A stretch of 64,000 nt of DNA from Malacoraja senta (lineage: Eukaryota): NCBI GenBank assembly GCA_038087875.1, contig CM075990.1:2048001-2112000 (forward strand), given 5' to 3'. The translations under genes and the position numbers were made by a program. Position 1 is the first letter of the stretch, and the number at the start of each line of letters is the position of its first letter. The notes under the pieces were generated by a model. That model saw only the letters and a list, made by a program, of their open reading frames with translations. It made no database searches and was not told where the DNA came from. Shown one piece after another: positions 51,831 to 64,000 of the stretch.

Positions 51831-53849
51831 TTCTGACCGGCACACCAATCCCGGACCAGCTCCTGCTCCGATGTTCTCGGCTCCTGTCCACATTTCCAAA
51901 GGAATTTGGATTTAGGGATGAGGTGGAAAAACGGAGGGGGTTAAAGATCAGTCACATTCTTCTCGAGCGGTTGAAAAAATGTGAAGCACGATGTGTCTGA
52001 CTCCTGTTTCTAATTCAAGTTCCTGTGTAAACACCTTCTGTGTGCTCGTTCCAAAGACCACATGCCTCATGGCAGTGCGAGCCATCCTGCCAAACTTAGT
52101 CACAACAATAGGCTGTGTTTATAAACCTGCTGGATGGTCACCAGACCCCTGAGATCACCCGCTGAAGGAACGCACCCTTCATCAACAACAGATTGGGAAG
52201 AGTGACAGACTGGTGCACTAAATCGAACACTACTTGGAGATCAGGCGTGGAAACCAGGCCCTTCGGCCCCTGAGTCCGCACCGACCAGCGATCCCTGTAC
52301 ATTAACACAATCCTACACACACTAGGACAATTTTACATTGATACATTAGAAGCTTAGTTAACATTTCTGGTTGAGACCTTGTTGATGAAGCTTCTCCAGC
52401 ATTTTCTGTTGGGCAGCAACAGCTTCTGTTAGACCTGGGTAGCATCTGTATATGTCGCTGCCTTACAACGCCAGAGACCCCGGGTTCGAGCCTGACTATG
52501 GGTGCTGTCTGTACAGAGCTTGTACATTCTCCCTGTGACCACATAGGTTTTCTCCGGGAGCTTTAGTTTTCTCCCACACTCCAAAGACATGCGCGTTTGT
52601 AGGTTAATTGGCTTCTGTGAATTATCCCAAGTGTGTAGGGTAGAACGAGTGCACAGGGCGATTGCTGGCCAGCATGCACTCAGTGGGCCGAAGGGCCTGT
52701 TTCCACGCTGTATCTCTAAACTAAACTAACTATGCTGCCTGAATCTGCTGAGTTTTTCCGGCATTTTCTGTTTGTTTGTTCTATCAATGTTGACTTTTCC
52801 AGTAAAATTAAATAAAAGCCAGGAAAATGAGTCTTGGACTTGTAATCTTTAGTTTATTTATTGCATTTATTTGTGTACAGTTTATAATAAAACTATACAA
52901 TATATTATTGCTATAACTATGATTATTATGTGGTTATTATAGAAATATAAATTCTTAATGGATTGGACAGGCCAGATGCAGGAAAATGTTCCCGATGTTG
53001 GGGGATCCAGAACCAGGGCCCCAGTTTAAGAATAAGGGGTAGGCCATTTAGGACTGAGATGAGGAAAAACCTTTTCAGAGTTGTGAATCTGTGGAACTTT
53101 CTGCCACAGAAGGCAGTGGAGGCCAATTCAGTGGGATGTTTTCAAGAGAGTTAGATTCAGCTCTTAGGGCTAAGGGAATCAAGTGATATGGGGAGAAAGC
53201 AGGAACGGGGTACTGATTTTGGATGATCAGCCATGATCATATTAAATGGTGGTGCTGGCTCGAAGGGCCGAATGGCCTACGCCTACACCTAATTTCTATG
53301 TTTCTATATGTGATCACTAATCGTATTGTCATTATTATAGTGTGGGGTTTTTGCCACTTACCCCCTACACATTAATTTTTGGTTCCTAGCGCCAATTGTT
53401 GTATTGGGGACGTATTTTGGGGAGCGCAGAAAGTCACTTTTGCCACTTACCCCCTACACAAAGAACAATCCAGAACTCTTCACAGCCATCTATTTATTTG
53501 GGCGGCGCAGTGGTAGAGTTGCTGCCTCATAGCGCCAGAGACCCTGGTTCGATCCTGACTATGGGTGCTGCCTGTACGGAGTTTGTACGTTTAGTTTAGA
53601 TTAGTTCATTGTCACGTGCACTGAGGTACAGTGAAAAGCGTTTTAGTTGTGTGCTAACCAGTCAGCGGAAAGACTGGACGTGATAATCGATAATGTTTTA
53701 TTATTGATGTTTAATGTTCCGGAAGTGACAGTCCGTCTGTCTTTTATCTTTTTATTTTTATTTTTGTACTGTTAAGTGCATGTTTTTGGTTGTAGTTTAT
53801 ATATTATTTTTAGCTGTGTATATGTGGGGGACGGGGGGGGGGGGACTTT

Positions 53850-54506
53850 TTAAATCTCTTCCCTGTACGGGGGGACCCGACCTTTTCTCTGTCGGGTCTC
53901 CGTTGTCGTTGGGGCCTAGCACCGTGGAGCGGCCTCCAGCCGGAATTGACCTGGGGGCTCCAGTCGCGGAGCCTGCGAACTCACCATTGTGGAGCTGGCC
54001 GGCTTCGGAGCGTGGAGAGCTGTGGTGGCGCCCGGCTGCGACCCGACTGGAGATTCGGAGGCTCCAGCCGCCGGCCCGGTGGACGGTGACATCGGGAGCT
54101 CGCGGGTCCCTGGTGGGAGACCGCTTTTCGGAGCTCCTGCAACGGCAACTTCTCCCGCCCGAATTGCGGGGTTGAAAGTGACCTGGAGCGGGGCCTTACA
54201 TCGCCTGGCGCGGCTTTAAAGGCCGCGGGACTTGCCATCGCCCGCCGGGGGCTCCAACATCAAGACCCCAGAGCGGGGCCTTACATCGCCCGGCGGGCCC
54301 TAACGGCCGCGGGACTTGCCATCGCCCGCCGGGGGCTTAACATCGGGAGAGGATGGAAAACAGGGGAGAGACAAGACTTTGCCTTCCATCACAGTGAGGA
54401 GGTGTTTGGAGATTCACTGTGATGGTTGTCTGTGTGAATTGTGTTAATTGTGTTGCCCTTGGTTTTTTTTTTTCTTGTTTTGTATGACTGGCAGAAAACG
54501 TAATTA
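53850..54506 (+). mobile_element. Longer copy of the GC-rich non-autonomous retroelement, running into the gap
   Basis: Colinear with 29261-29745 from ~54007, including two internal GAGCGGG..CATCGCC.GGCG..GGCCGCGGGAC..GCCCGCCGGGGGC units and the 3' hairpin. 5' boundary uncertain. Confidence 0.75.
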
Positions 54507-54706
54507 NNNNNNNNNNNNNNNNNNNNNNNNNNNNNNNNNNNNNNNNNNNNNNNNNNNNNNNNNNNNNNNNNNNNNNNNNNNNNNNNNNNNNNNNNNNNNN
54601 NNNNNNNNNNNNNNNNNNNNNNNNNNNNNNNNNNNNNNNNNNNNNNNNNNNNNNNNNNNNNNNNNNNNNNNNNNNNNNNNNNNNNNNNNNNNNNNNNNNN
54701 NNNNNN
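54507..54706. other. Assembly gap (200 N)
   Basis: Run of exactly 200 n. Confidence 1.
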
Positions 54707-57635
54707 CCCGTAGGCAGGATCGAACTCGGGTCTCTGGTGTTGTAAGGCAGCAACTCTACCACTGAGCCACTGTGTATTAGATTACAACAGGCATAGATAT
54801 GGGAACTTGTTTCTCATGGGGCGAGGGGTAACAAAAACATGAGGAAGGAATGTTAAAGGGGCAGATATGGAATTCAAAGCAATCATGATTTTTTATTGGC
54901 ATTTGGAGAGTTAAATAGACATGGCATCGAAGGATATGGTCATAATGTGGGCTAATGTAATTGGTGTAGATGGATACAAAGGTTGGCAGGGATGTGGTGG
55001 GCCGAAGGGCCCGTTTGTGTGCAGTTTCAATCCATCACCCTCTGTTCAGTGTTTGTACTGATTTGATCTGAAATGGAGACAAGATACATCCATTTCATTC
55101 TGAAGAAGGGTCTCGACCTGAAACGTTACCTATTTCCTTCGCTCCATAGATGCTGCCTCACCCGCTGAGTTTCTCCAGCACTTTTGTCTACCTTGGATAC
55201 AAGATATAGTTTACTGTGGGTTAAATCGACTTCCAATCCCATCGTGAGAATGGAATCTCCCTGCACACAACACCTTGTACACTAACGCTATCCTACACAC
55301 CAAGGACAATTTTACAATTTTGCCAAAGCCAATTAACCTACAAAATATACCTCTGTGAGATTGAATCTTTAGACTGTAGAGATATACAGTGGAAACAGAC
55401 CCACTAAGTCCGAGCTGGCCAGCAATCACCACAAACACTAGCACGATCCTAAACACTAGGACAATTTACAATTTGAACTTTGTCGGACTTCAATGCTATA
55501 TTTTGCACTAGCTGTTGAACCCTTTATTGTTTATCTGTACACTGTGGACGGCTAGATTGTATAGTCTTTTTTGACTGGATAGATGCAAACCAAAGCCTTT
55601 CACTGTACATTGGTGCACTTGACAATAATAAACTAAACTAAACTCAACTAAAAGGTTGTGAGGCAAATGGACATGAATGTTAACGAGGGCCTGAGTCAGG
55701 GAAACCTTCTGAACCTGGCACTTTCCTTTGTAAACTAAAGCAACGTTTACTCCGACCATCGATCACCCGTTGACACGAGTTCTATGTTATCCCACTTTCC
55801 CATCCTACGCACTAGGGACAATTTTATGGAAAGACAATTAACCTACAAACCTGCGCGTCTTTGGGATGTGTGAGGAAACCGGAGCACCCGGAGGAAACCC
55901 ACGTGGTCACGGGGGAATGTGCAAACTCTGCACGTAAAGAGCACCCGGCGTTAGGATCGAACCCGGGTCTCCGTGGCTGTGAATATTGATTTCTCTAACT
56001 TCAAGTAACCCTTGCATCCCCTCTCTCTCCATCCCTCCCTAATCCAAGTTGTTGTACAATTGTCAAAGTCATCTTGTAACTCGTTTTCACTTAACAAACA
56101 GTGGCCTGTTTCCTTTATCATCGTTACCTTTTTATTTTTTATTTTTTTATTTATCATTACACTTATGGGCGCCTTTCAAAGACTCTCAAGGACGCCTTGC
56201 AAATAAGCAGATTACAAAACATATAAGCAGAATAAAAAAAAAAAAAATAGTAGGGACATCAACAACATCACAATACACAAATTAAGGACAGAATTCATTC
56301 TAAAGGCACAAAAAAGAAAATCAGAAACACAATTTGCATATGCACAATTTGCACAAACACTTTTTGCATATCTTTCATTCATTTGTTCTACATCTCTCTA
56401 TATCACCGTCTATATGTCCCGTTTCCTTTCCCCTGAATCACCGAAGAAGTGTCTCGACCCAAAAGTGTCTCGACACCCATTCCTTTTCTCCAGAGATGTG
56501 TCTGACCCGTTGAGGTACTGCAGCTTTTTGTCTATCTTCGGTTTAAACCAGCATCTGCAGTTCCTTCCCACACAATACTACTACTGTGTTTGATTAAACA
56601 GCAGTTAACCACTTTCCCCACACTTTTGTGTACAGATTGCATGGATAATCTGGTTAAAACAAACACCAGTGAGAATGTGGCAATTAGCATACATGCCTTG
56701 TGCAAATTGTCAAACCCACGCTGTTACAAGAACATATGAACTTCAAACGCAAACAACACCCAAGGTCAGGATCGAACCAGGGTTGTTGGTGCTGTGAGGC
56801 AGCAGCTCTACCAGTAGGTTGTCACTTAGTACACAACAATGTCCCATAAACAGCAACGAGAAGAATGACTAGACAACCTGATTCATAAGTTCATAAGTGA
56901 TAGAAGAAGAATTAGGCCATTTGGCCCATCAAGTCTACTCCGTCTGCTCAAGTCTACATAGCTGATCTATCCATAAGGTCATAAGGTCATAAATAATAGG
57001 AGTAGAAAGGCCATTCGGCCCATCAAGTCTACTCTGCCATTCAATCATGGCTGATCTATCTCTCCTAACCCCATTGTCCAGCCCTCTCCCCATAACCTCT
57101 GACACCCGTACTAATCATCTATCTACCTTAAAAATATCCATTGATTTGGCTTCCACAGCCTTCAGTGGCAATGAATTCCACAGATTCACCACCCTCTGAC
57201 TAAAGTATTGCTCGGGGGATTGGTTAGGACATTTTAAAAACTGCTGTGGGAAGTTTAGAGTGGAAGTGTCATCCATTCCCTCTCTCCAGAGATGCTGAGT
57301 TACTCCAGCTTTTTGTGTCTCGTCAGGAAAGAATATTGGTTCATCTTCTCGATCAAAGGACAGTGATTCTGAGGCAGTTTAGTTTAATTTAGTTTAGAGA
57401 TACAGGGTGGAAATGGGCCCTATGGCCCACTGAATCTGTGCTGACCAATGATTCTCCAACTATCCTACACATTAGGGACGATTTATAATCTTTACTGCAG
57501 CCAATTAACCTACATACCTGTAACGTCTTTGTAGTGTGGGAGGAAACCGGAGCTCCCGGAGAAAAACCCACACAGAGAGAATGTACAAACTCTGTACAGA
57601 CAGCACCCGTAGTCAGGATTGAACCCGGGTCTCTG

Positions 57636-58182
57636 CAGTTGTACAGAGCCCTAGTGAGACCACACCTGGAGTATGGTGTGCAGTTTTGGTCCCCTAATTT
57701 GAGGAAGGACATTCTTGCTATTGCAGGACTGTCATATGCTGAGAGAATGGAGCAGCTGGGCTTGTACACTCTGGAGTTTAGAAGGATGAGAGGGGATCTC
57801 ATTGAAACGTATAAGATTGTTAAGGGCTTGGACACACTAGAGGCAGGAAACATGTTCCTGATGTTGGTGGAGTCCAGAACCAGGGGCCACAGTTTAAGAA
57901 TAAGGAGTAAGCCATTTAGAACGGAGACGAGGAAACACTTTTTCTCACAGAGAGTGCTGAGTCTGTGGAATTCTCTGCCTCAGAGGGCGGTGGAGGCAGG
58001 TTCTCTGGATGCTTTCAAGAGAGAGCTAGATAGGGCTCTTAAAAATAGCGGAGTCAGGGGACATGGGGAGAAGGCAGGAATGGGGTACTGATTGGGGATG
58101 ATCAGCCATGATCACATTGAATGGCGGTGCTGGCTCGAAGGACCAAATGGCCTACTCCTGCACCTATTGTCTATTGTCTATT
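57636..58182 (+). mobile_element. CR1 3' fragment inserted in a SINE
   Basis: LQLYRALVRPHLEY..; internal deletion (KDILAI|AGLSY); (TATTGTC)n tail; GTCTCTG duplicated at 57629-57635 and 58183-58189. Confidence 0.9.
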
Positions 58183-58253
58183 GTCTCTGGCGCTGTGAGG
58201 CAGCAACTCTACCGCTGCGCCACCGTGCCGCCCCTGCTCGCTATCGTGCTCTC

Positions 58254-58529
58254 CTGCTGTGGTTTGTCCCATGGACCGGTGCATAAATACAGACTGCCTT
58301 CCTCGTGCTACTGCCCCTGTTGTTGCTGAACCAAGGCCAGGTTTATATAACACAGGGGCAGTCCAACACAAGCAGGGACAGGCACCCTCTGCAACGCTTG
58401 GCTTCAGTTTTCACATCTCGTCTGAATCTTGTTATTCCAGTCATAACTGTTGCATTCCGAGCCTTCCTCTATACTCTTGGCCCCGAATAAATTGCTTTGC
58501 CTTACAGTGCTTGCAGCACCGCAGACCCG
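58254..58529 (+). repeat. Copy 2 of the duplicated cassette (copy 1 at 27006-27286)
   Basis: Direct comparison of the two segments. Confidence 0.95.
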
Positions 58530-59919
58530 GTTTTGTCTATGGAGTTTGTACTTTCTCCCTGTGACCGCGTGGGTTTTCTCCGAGATCTTCGGTTTTCTAC
58601 AGTGCACCATACACTGATTATTCAACACAGTGCAAGTGCTTTCAACTCATAGATACAGAATTAACGATGCTGGCATTGAAACATGCCTTAGATCTAATAA
58701 ATCACATCCATTTCAGGGACACATTCATCTGGCTTTAGTTTTAGTTTCACTTATTGTCACATTTGTTGCGTGCTATCCAGTCAGTGGAAAGACTAAACAT
58801 GATTCCAATCAAGTCATCCAGCGAACTCTCTGTACACTAACCTACACTCACCCAGGAGATTTTTTTTAAACGCTTACCAAAGCCAATTAACCTCCCATCC
58901 TGCATGTCTTTGGAGGGTGGTAGGAGACTAGAGCACCCAGAGAAAACCCACGCAGTCACAGGGAGAATGTACAAACTCTGTACAGCACAGCACCCGAGGT
59001 CAGGATCGAACCCGGGTCTCTGATGCTGTAAGGCAGCAACTCTACCACTGCGCCACCGTGCCGCCAAACTAATAGTGCTATCCAGTCAGCGAAAAGTCTA
59101 TGCATTGATTCCAATCGAGTTGTCCACAGTGTATTGATACACGATAATGGGAATAACGTTTGGTGCAAGATAAAGTCCAGTGAAGTCCGATTGAAGATAG
59201 TCCAAGGGTCTCCCACGAGACAGATGGGAGAATTCTGCACAGTTGTAATTGAACAAACCTCTCCATGTGATCAACGAGAGATTTAATTGTCCCGGGTGCA
59301 CATGCTTGTATTCAGAATTAATTAAGTCAAAGGCCGCTGATAGTCGGGGCAACCTCATTAAAACAGCAATAAATTTAAGTCTGCAGACCTGGGAATAGAT
59401 GAATTAATTATCTCTGCTGAACTGTCAAGGAGACTATTTCATCGGGAAGGTTAATGTTAATTTGAAATGTACTCCTGGCCTTCCAAGATACTGCCAGCTG
59501 GATACTGGTTACTGTTTCTTGCAGATTATATTTTTCAGATTCATTTGAGGGGTATGGATGACACGGATACTGCCATCATCTACAGTCCATCGCTAATCCT
59601 CGCAGTTCAGTATATTAGTGCAATGACCTTTAAGAACTGTGAGCAGCCAGTCTTATGACTTTCCATATCCTTTCCATCAGTTATCGCTATTTGAGTTTGG
59701 TGTTGTTTGAATGATCAGTCCGATACTGAACAGTCTCTAACATGGCCAGCTCCAGCTATAACTGTATTCAGGATAGTCACACTGATCGCCTCTATGCAGT
59801 CACCACCCCACTACTGAGAATGGAGATCATGCAGGAAGGCATGGTGGCGCAGCGGTAGAGCGCCACAGACCCGGGTTCAATCTGTGTGTCTGTGCGGAGT
59901 TTGAACGTTCTTCCCGTGA

Positions 59920-60508
59920 TTCTCACCGGAGCTCGGAGAAAAGACGGGGGAAGAGCCATGGGGGAGAGGGGGGTATCACCAGGAGGGGGGCAGGAGGCAG
60001 CGAGGGGGACCAGAGGGGAAAGGGCTGGAGCTGCGGGGTGTTGTGATGGCGGTGAGTTTGGGACTCACAGTGAGCGCTGGACGTTCTCCTCTGCCGGGAT
60101 CAGATACACCGCTTTCCGTTTGGCGAGATCGCCGCGCCGCGCCGGGCCTCTTCCAGTCCCTCCGAAAATTGTGGAGACCTCCGCCAGCCTCCCTCAGCTC
60201 CAGTAAAGACGCGATGGTGCAGGAACGGGCGGACCATCCCGCGGTGTGACAGGAGAAGAGACTATTCCGCGCGGCGCTGACTGGCAGGAGAGGAGATCGA
60301 TCTGCACACACGCATTTTTTATGATTTTTAAACCTCACTAACTTTTCCATTATACCACCAATCGGAATGGAACGTGGTGCACTTGCAGCACAGGTGAACG
60401 GTGAGTGAGCTGGTGAAAAATTGTAGTGCTATCACGTACCGTTTTCGCGCAAATAGAAGAAACGCGCAAACCGGAAGAGCACAAGATCAGATTTAGTTAT
60501 GTATAGAG
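59920..60508 (-). mobile_element. Possible non-autonomous Helitron-like element, 5' part
   Basis: Minus strand starts TCTATACATAACTAAATC next to an (ATCT)n tract; CpG-rich interior. No 3' hairpin or CTAG end found. Confidence 0.35.
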
Positions 60509-60520
60509 AAGATAGAGTTG

Positions 60521-60632
<112 letters not shown>

Positions 60633-60989
60633 TAGGCAGGTGACACTAGTGTATATATATATATATATATATATATGCACTGAACTTTTTTTCCATTCAT
60701 TATATTTACAGTGTTTACATATTCTGTTGTGCAGCTGCAAGTAAGAATGTCATTGTTCTTTCTGTTTGGGAGGTGACAATAAATCACTCTTGACTTAACT
60801 CATGACTCACTATATATCATGTTTTCTCATTCTTCTTCTGTCTGACTCTCTGTGTGTCTCTGTCTTTGACCCTCTCTCTGCTGGGGTGTTCTCTGTCAAC
60901 ACGTTTCTGCTTCTGTTCTATGGAATGAGTTGACAATTTTGAAGAAGCTCTTGAAGATGAGACATCTAGTTCACTTATTCACTTTACTC

Positions 60990-61690
60990 AGTTTCAGTTT
61001 AGTTCAGTTTCAGATTTAGTTTATTGTCACGTGTACCGAGGTACAGTGAAAAGCTTTTGTTGCGTGCTAACCAGCCAGCGGAAAGACAATACATGATTAC
61101 AATCGAGACATTCGCAGTGTACAGATACGTGATTAGGCTATAACGTTTAGTGCAAGGTAAAGCCAGTAACGTCTGATCAAAGATAGTCTGAGGGTCATCA
61201 ATGAGGTTGATAGTAGTTCAAGACCACTCTCTGGTTGTGGTAGGATGGTTCAGTTAGCTGATAACATCTGGGAAGAATGCCCCTGAATCTGGAGGCGTGC
61301 TTTTTCATATTTCTATACCTTTTGCCCGATGGGAGAGGAGAGAAGAGAGAATGGCCAGGGTGCGACTCGTCCTTGATTATGCTGGTGGCCTTGCCGAGGC
61401 AGCGTGACGTGTAAATGAAGTTGGTGAGAGTTGTAGGGGACTTGCCAAACTTCCGAAGCCTTTTAAGGAAGTAGAGGCGTTGGTGTGCTTTCTTGGTCGT
61501 TGCTTCAATATGGGTGGTCCAGGAGAAGTTGTTGGTGATATTGACTCCTGGGAATTTGAAGTTTTCAACCATCTCTACTTCAGCACCGTCAATGCAATGG
61601 GGTATGTGTAGAGACTTCACTTCCTGAAGTCGATCACTATCTCCTTTGTCTTGCTGACGTTGAGAGGAAGGTTGTTGTCTCGACACCAGG
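60990..61690 (-). mobile_element. Rex1/Babar LINE 3' fragment
   Basis: VEMVENFKFPGVNI..KKAHQRLYFLKRLRKFG..IIKDESHPGHSLFSPLPSGKRYR; TGACAATAAA(CTAAA/CTGAA)n tail. Confidence 0.85.
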
Positions 61691-61889
61691 ACACAAGGTT
61701 CTCGATTGAAGTTCACTCTAGGACACAATCTAGTTCACTATTTCATATTACTGTCAAATGTATATTTTAATTGGTAGAAAATGTTACCCAATTTCTTATT
61801 CAGAGAAGAATTTGGATGGTTGGAAACCCCAATTGTTTTTATCAATCAGCACAATAGCACAATAGTAGAGGAATATCCTAAGACTGAGG

Positions 61890-62545
61890 AGGACACAGGA
61901 AGGCAAATACAATGTTATCATTCATTTCAAGAGGACTACAATACAGAAGCCAGGATGTAATGCTGAGGCTTTATAAGGCACTCACCAGAACACTTTTGGA
62001 GTATTGTGAGCAATTTTGGGCCCCATTTCTGAGGAAGGATGTGCTGGAGTTGGAGAGGGTCCAGAGGAGGCTTATGAGAATGATCCCAGGGATGATTGAG
62101 AACATATGATGAGCGTTTGATGGCTCTGGGCCTGAATTTGATGGAGTTTAGAAGGTATGAGGAGGTTTCTCACTGAAGTCTACCGAACAATGGTAGGCCT
62201 GGATAGCGTGGATGTGGAGAGGATGTTTCCACTAGTGGGAGAGTCTAGGACCAGAGGGCACAGCCTCAGAATAAATGGACGTAGCTTTAGAAAGGATATG
62301 AGGAATAATTCTTTCACAGTCAGAATGTGGGATTCATTACTGCAGACGACTGTGGTGGCCAAGTCACTGGGTATTTTTAAAGTGGAGATTGATAGGTTCA
62401 TGATTAGTAAGGGTGTTAAAGGTTATGGGGAGAAGGCAGGAGAATGAGGTTGAGGTGAAGAGATCGAGACATGAGTTGAATGGTGGAGGAGACACGATGG
62501 GCCTGATTCTGTTTCTATGTCTTATGATCATATGGTCTTATGACA
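61890..62545 (+). mobile_element. Old CR1 3' fragment
   Basis: MLSFISRGLQYRS..LEYCEQFWAP..LERVQRR; MFPLVGESRTRGHSLRI. Confidence 0.85.
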
Positions 62546-63676
62546 AGACATCAGCTTTCAAGGCAAATTGTGACAGAAAAACAGCACCAGAAATCTAGCG
62601 TTTAAGACAGGATGATGCTTTTAGATAGGAACATGGACATGCAGAGAATATGGATCATATGAGGTCAGTAGTATAACTTGGCATCGTGTTTGACACAGAC
62701 ATTGTGGGCCGAAGGGCCTCTTCCCGTGCTGTACTGTTCTATGTTCTGTCCCCACGGCTTTTAATGTAACATTTAAAAGGATGTTCTCTGTAATTGGTGT
62801 TTAAATAGTCCTGGGAATTGTCACTTATAATTGAGTTTTCTGCCATTTCATTAAAATGCTGTGACTTTCTGAATTTGTGATTGTCAACTCCTGCTGGAAG
62901 TGCCAGGGTTCACCTCTGATGCAGGTGCAGTATAACAGCCTTGGTGTGTTGTTCATTAGGGGTTGAGTTCCTGCACAGTGCCGCCCCACTCAGGGATGTT
63001 ATGCTGAGGCTTCACAAGGCGCTGATCAGTCAGCAGTTCTGGGCCCCATATCTGAGGGTGGATGTGCTGGCGTTGGAGAGGGTCCAGAGGAGGTTTGTGA
63101 GAATGATCCCGGGATGACTGGGTTAACATATGATGTGCGTTTGACAGCACTGGGCCTGTACTTCAATGCTTTAATGGTGTTTTTATTGCAAAGTGGTAAC
63201 ACAGTGAAATTCTTTTTGGTACAAATATACGGGCGGCAGGGTGGCGCAGTGGTAGAGTTGTTGCCTTCCAGCACCAGAGACACGGGTTCGATCCTGACTA
63301 TGTGTGCTTTATTGTATAGACTTCTCTAACTTCAAATAGCCCCTGTGTTTCCTCTCTATCCCCACTCCTTCTCAGTTCTCCCACCAGTCTTACTGTCTCC
63401 GACCACATTTTATCTCTGTCCCGTCCACTCTCCTGCCATCAGTTTGAAGAAGGGTCTCGACACGAAACGTCACCCATTCCTTCCCTTCAGAGATGCTGCC
63501 TCACCCGCTGAGTTCCTCCAGCATTTAGTGTCTACCCTGACTATAGGACTATGACCCTATGTCTCTATGACTGTATCTCAGCCATGATTGAATGGCAGAG
63601 TAGACTTGATGGGCTGAATAGCCTAATTCTGCTCCTAGAACTTGACATGACTTTATGACTATGACTCGATGACTCT

Positions 63677-64000
63677 AAGTAAGTAAGTTTATTGGCCAAG
63701 TATTCACATACAAGGAATTTGCCTTGGTGCTCCGCCCACAAGTAACAACATAACATACAGTGACAGTTACGAATGACTCAGAAAACACTAAACATTAATA
63801 ATAATAAGACATTAATGATAAAACACCATTGATCAAGCATGTGAACCAACAAAATACCAGATCAAAGGGAGGCTACAGATTTTTGGCTGTTGAGTAGAGC
63901 AACCACTCGTGGATAAAAACTGTTTTTATGTCTGGCTGTGGCAGCTTTGACAGTCCGGAGTCGCCTTCCAGAGGGAAGTGATTCACAGAGTTTGTGGCCA
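63677..64000 (-). mobile_element. Rex1/Babar-type LINE 3' end, continuing past the window
   Basis: Minus strand encodes GHKL..SLPSGRRLRTVKAATARHKNSFYP; AATAAA plus (CTTA)n tail. Confidence 0.75.

Noticed and set aside
27006..58529. The two cassette copies as LTRs of one provirus
   Set aside because: They are 31 kb apart with no gag/pol/env, PBS or PPT, and homology extends into the flanking SINEs.

Overview
Eukaryotic, repeat-dominated, apparently intronic or intergenic DNA. I recognise no host protein-coding exon. The repeat content points to a cartilaginous fish, probably a skate or ray (inference): many tRNA-derived V-domain SINEs of the HE1 type, CR1 LINE fragments sharing the SINE 3' tail, Rex1/Babar LINEs and Penelope-like (GIY-YIG) remnants. 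Every recognisable ORF is a retroelement fragment. Notable items: (1) at least a dozen copies of a minimal hammerhead-ribozyme-like core (CTGAAGA-A-GGGTC/GACCC-GAAACGTC) in Penelope-derived terminal repeats, often as inverted pairs; (2) a PIF/Harbinger-type MITE group with shared AGGGCCTGTCCCA termini and TTA target duplications; (3) an old tandem duplication that preserves empty sites for a hAT-type and a Harbinger-type insertion; (4) an uninterrupted ~350-codon CR1-group RT ORF unlike the resident CR1s, plus a Vingi-like fragment (horizontal-transfer candidates); (5) a solo LTR nested in a CR1 nested in a SINE; (6) a GC-rich non-autonomous retroelement; (7) several repeat-free, motif-rich islands that could be conserved enhancers. 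A 200-N assembly gap lies at 54507-54706. Only representative SINE and CR1 copies are listed. Boundaries are approximate unless a TSD or TIR is quoted.
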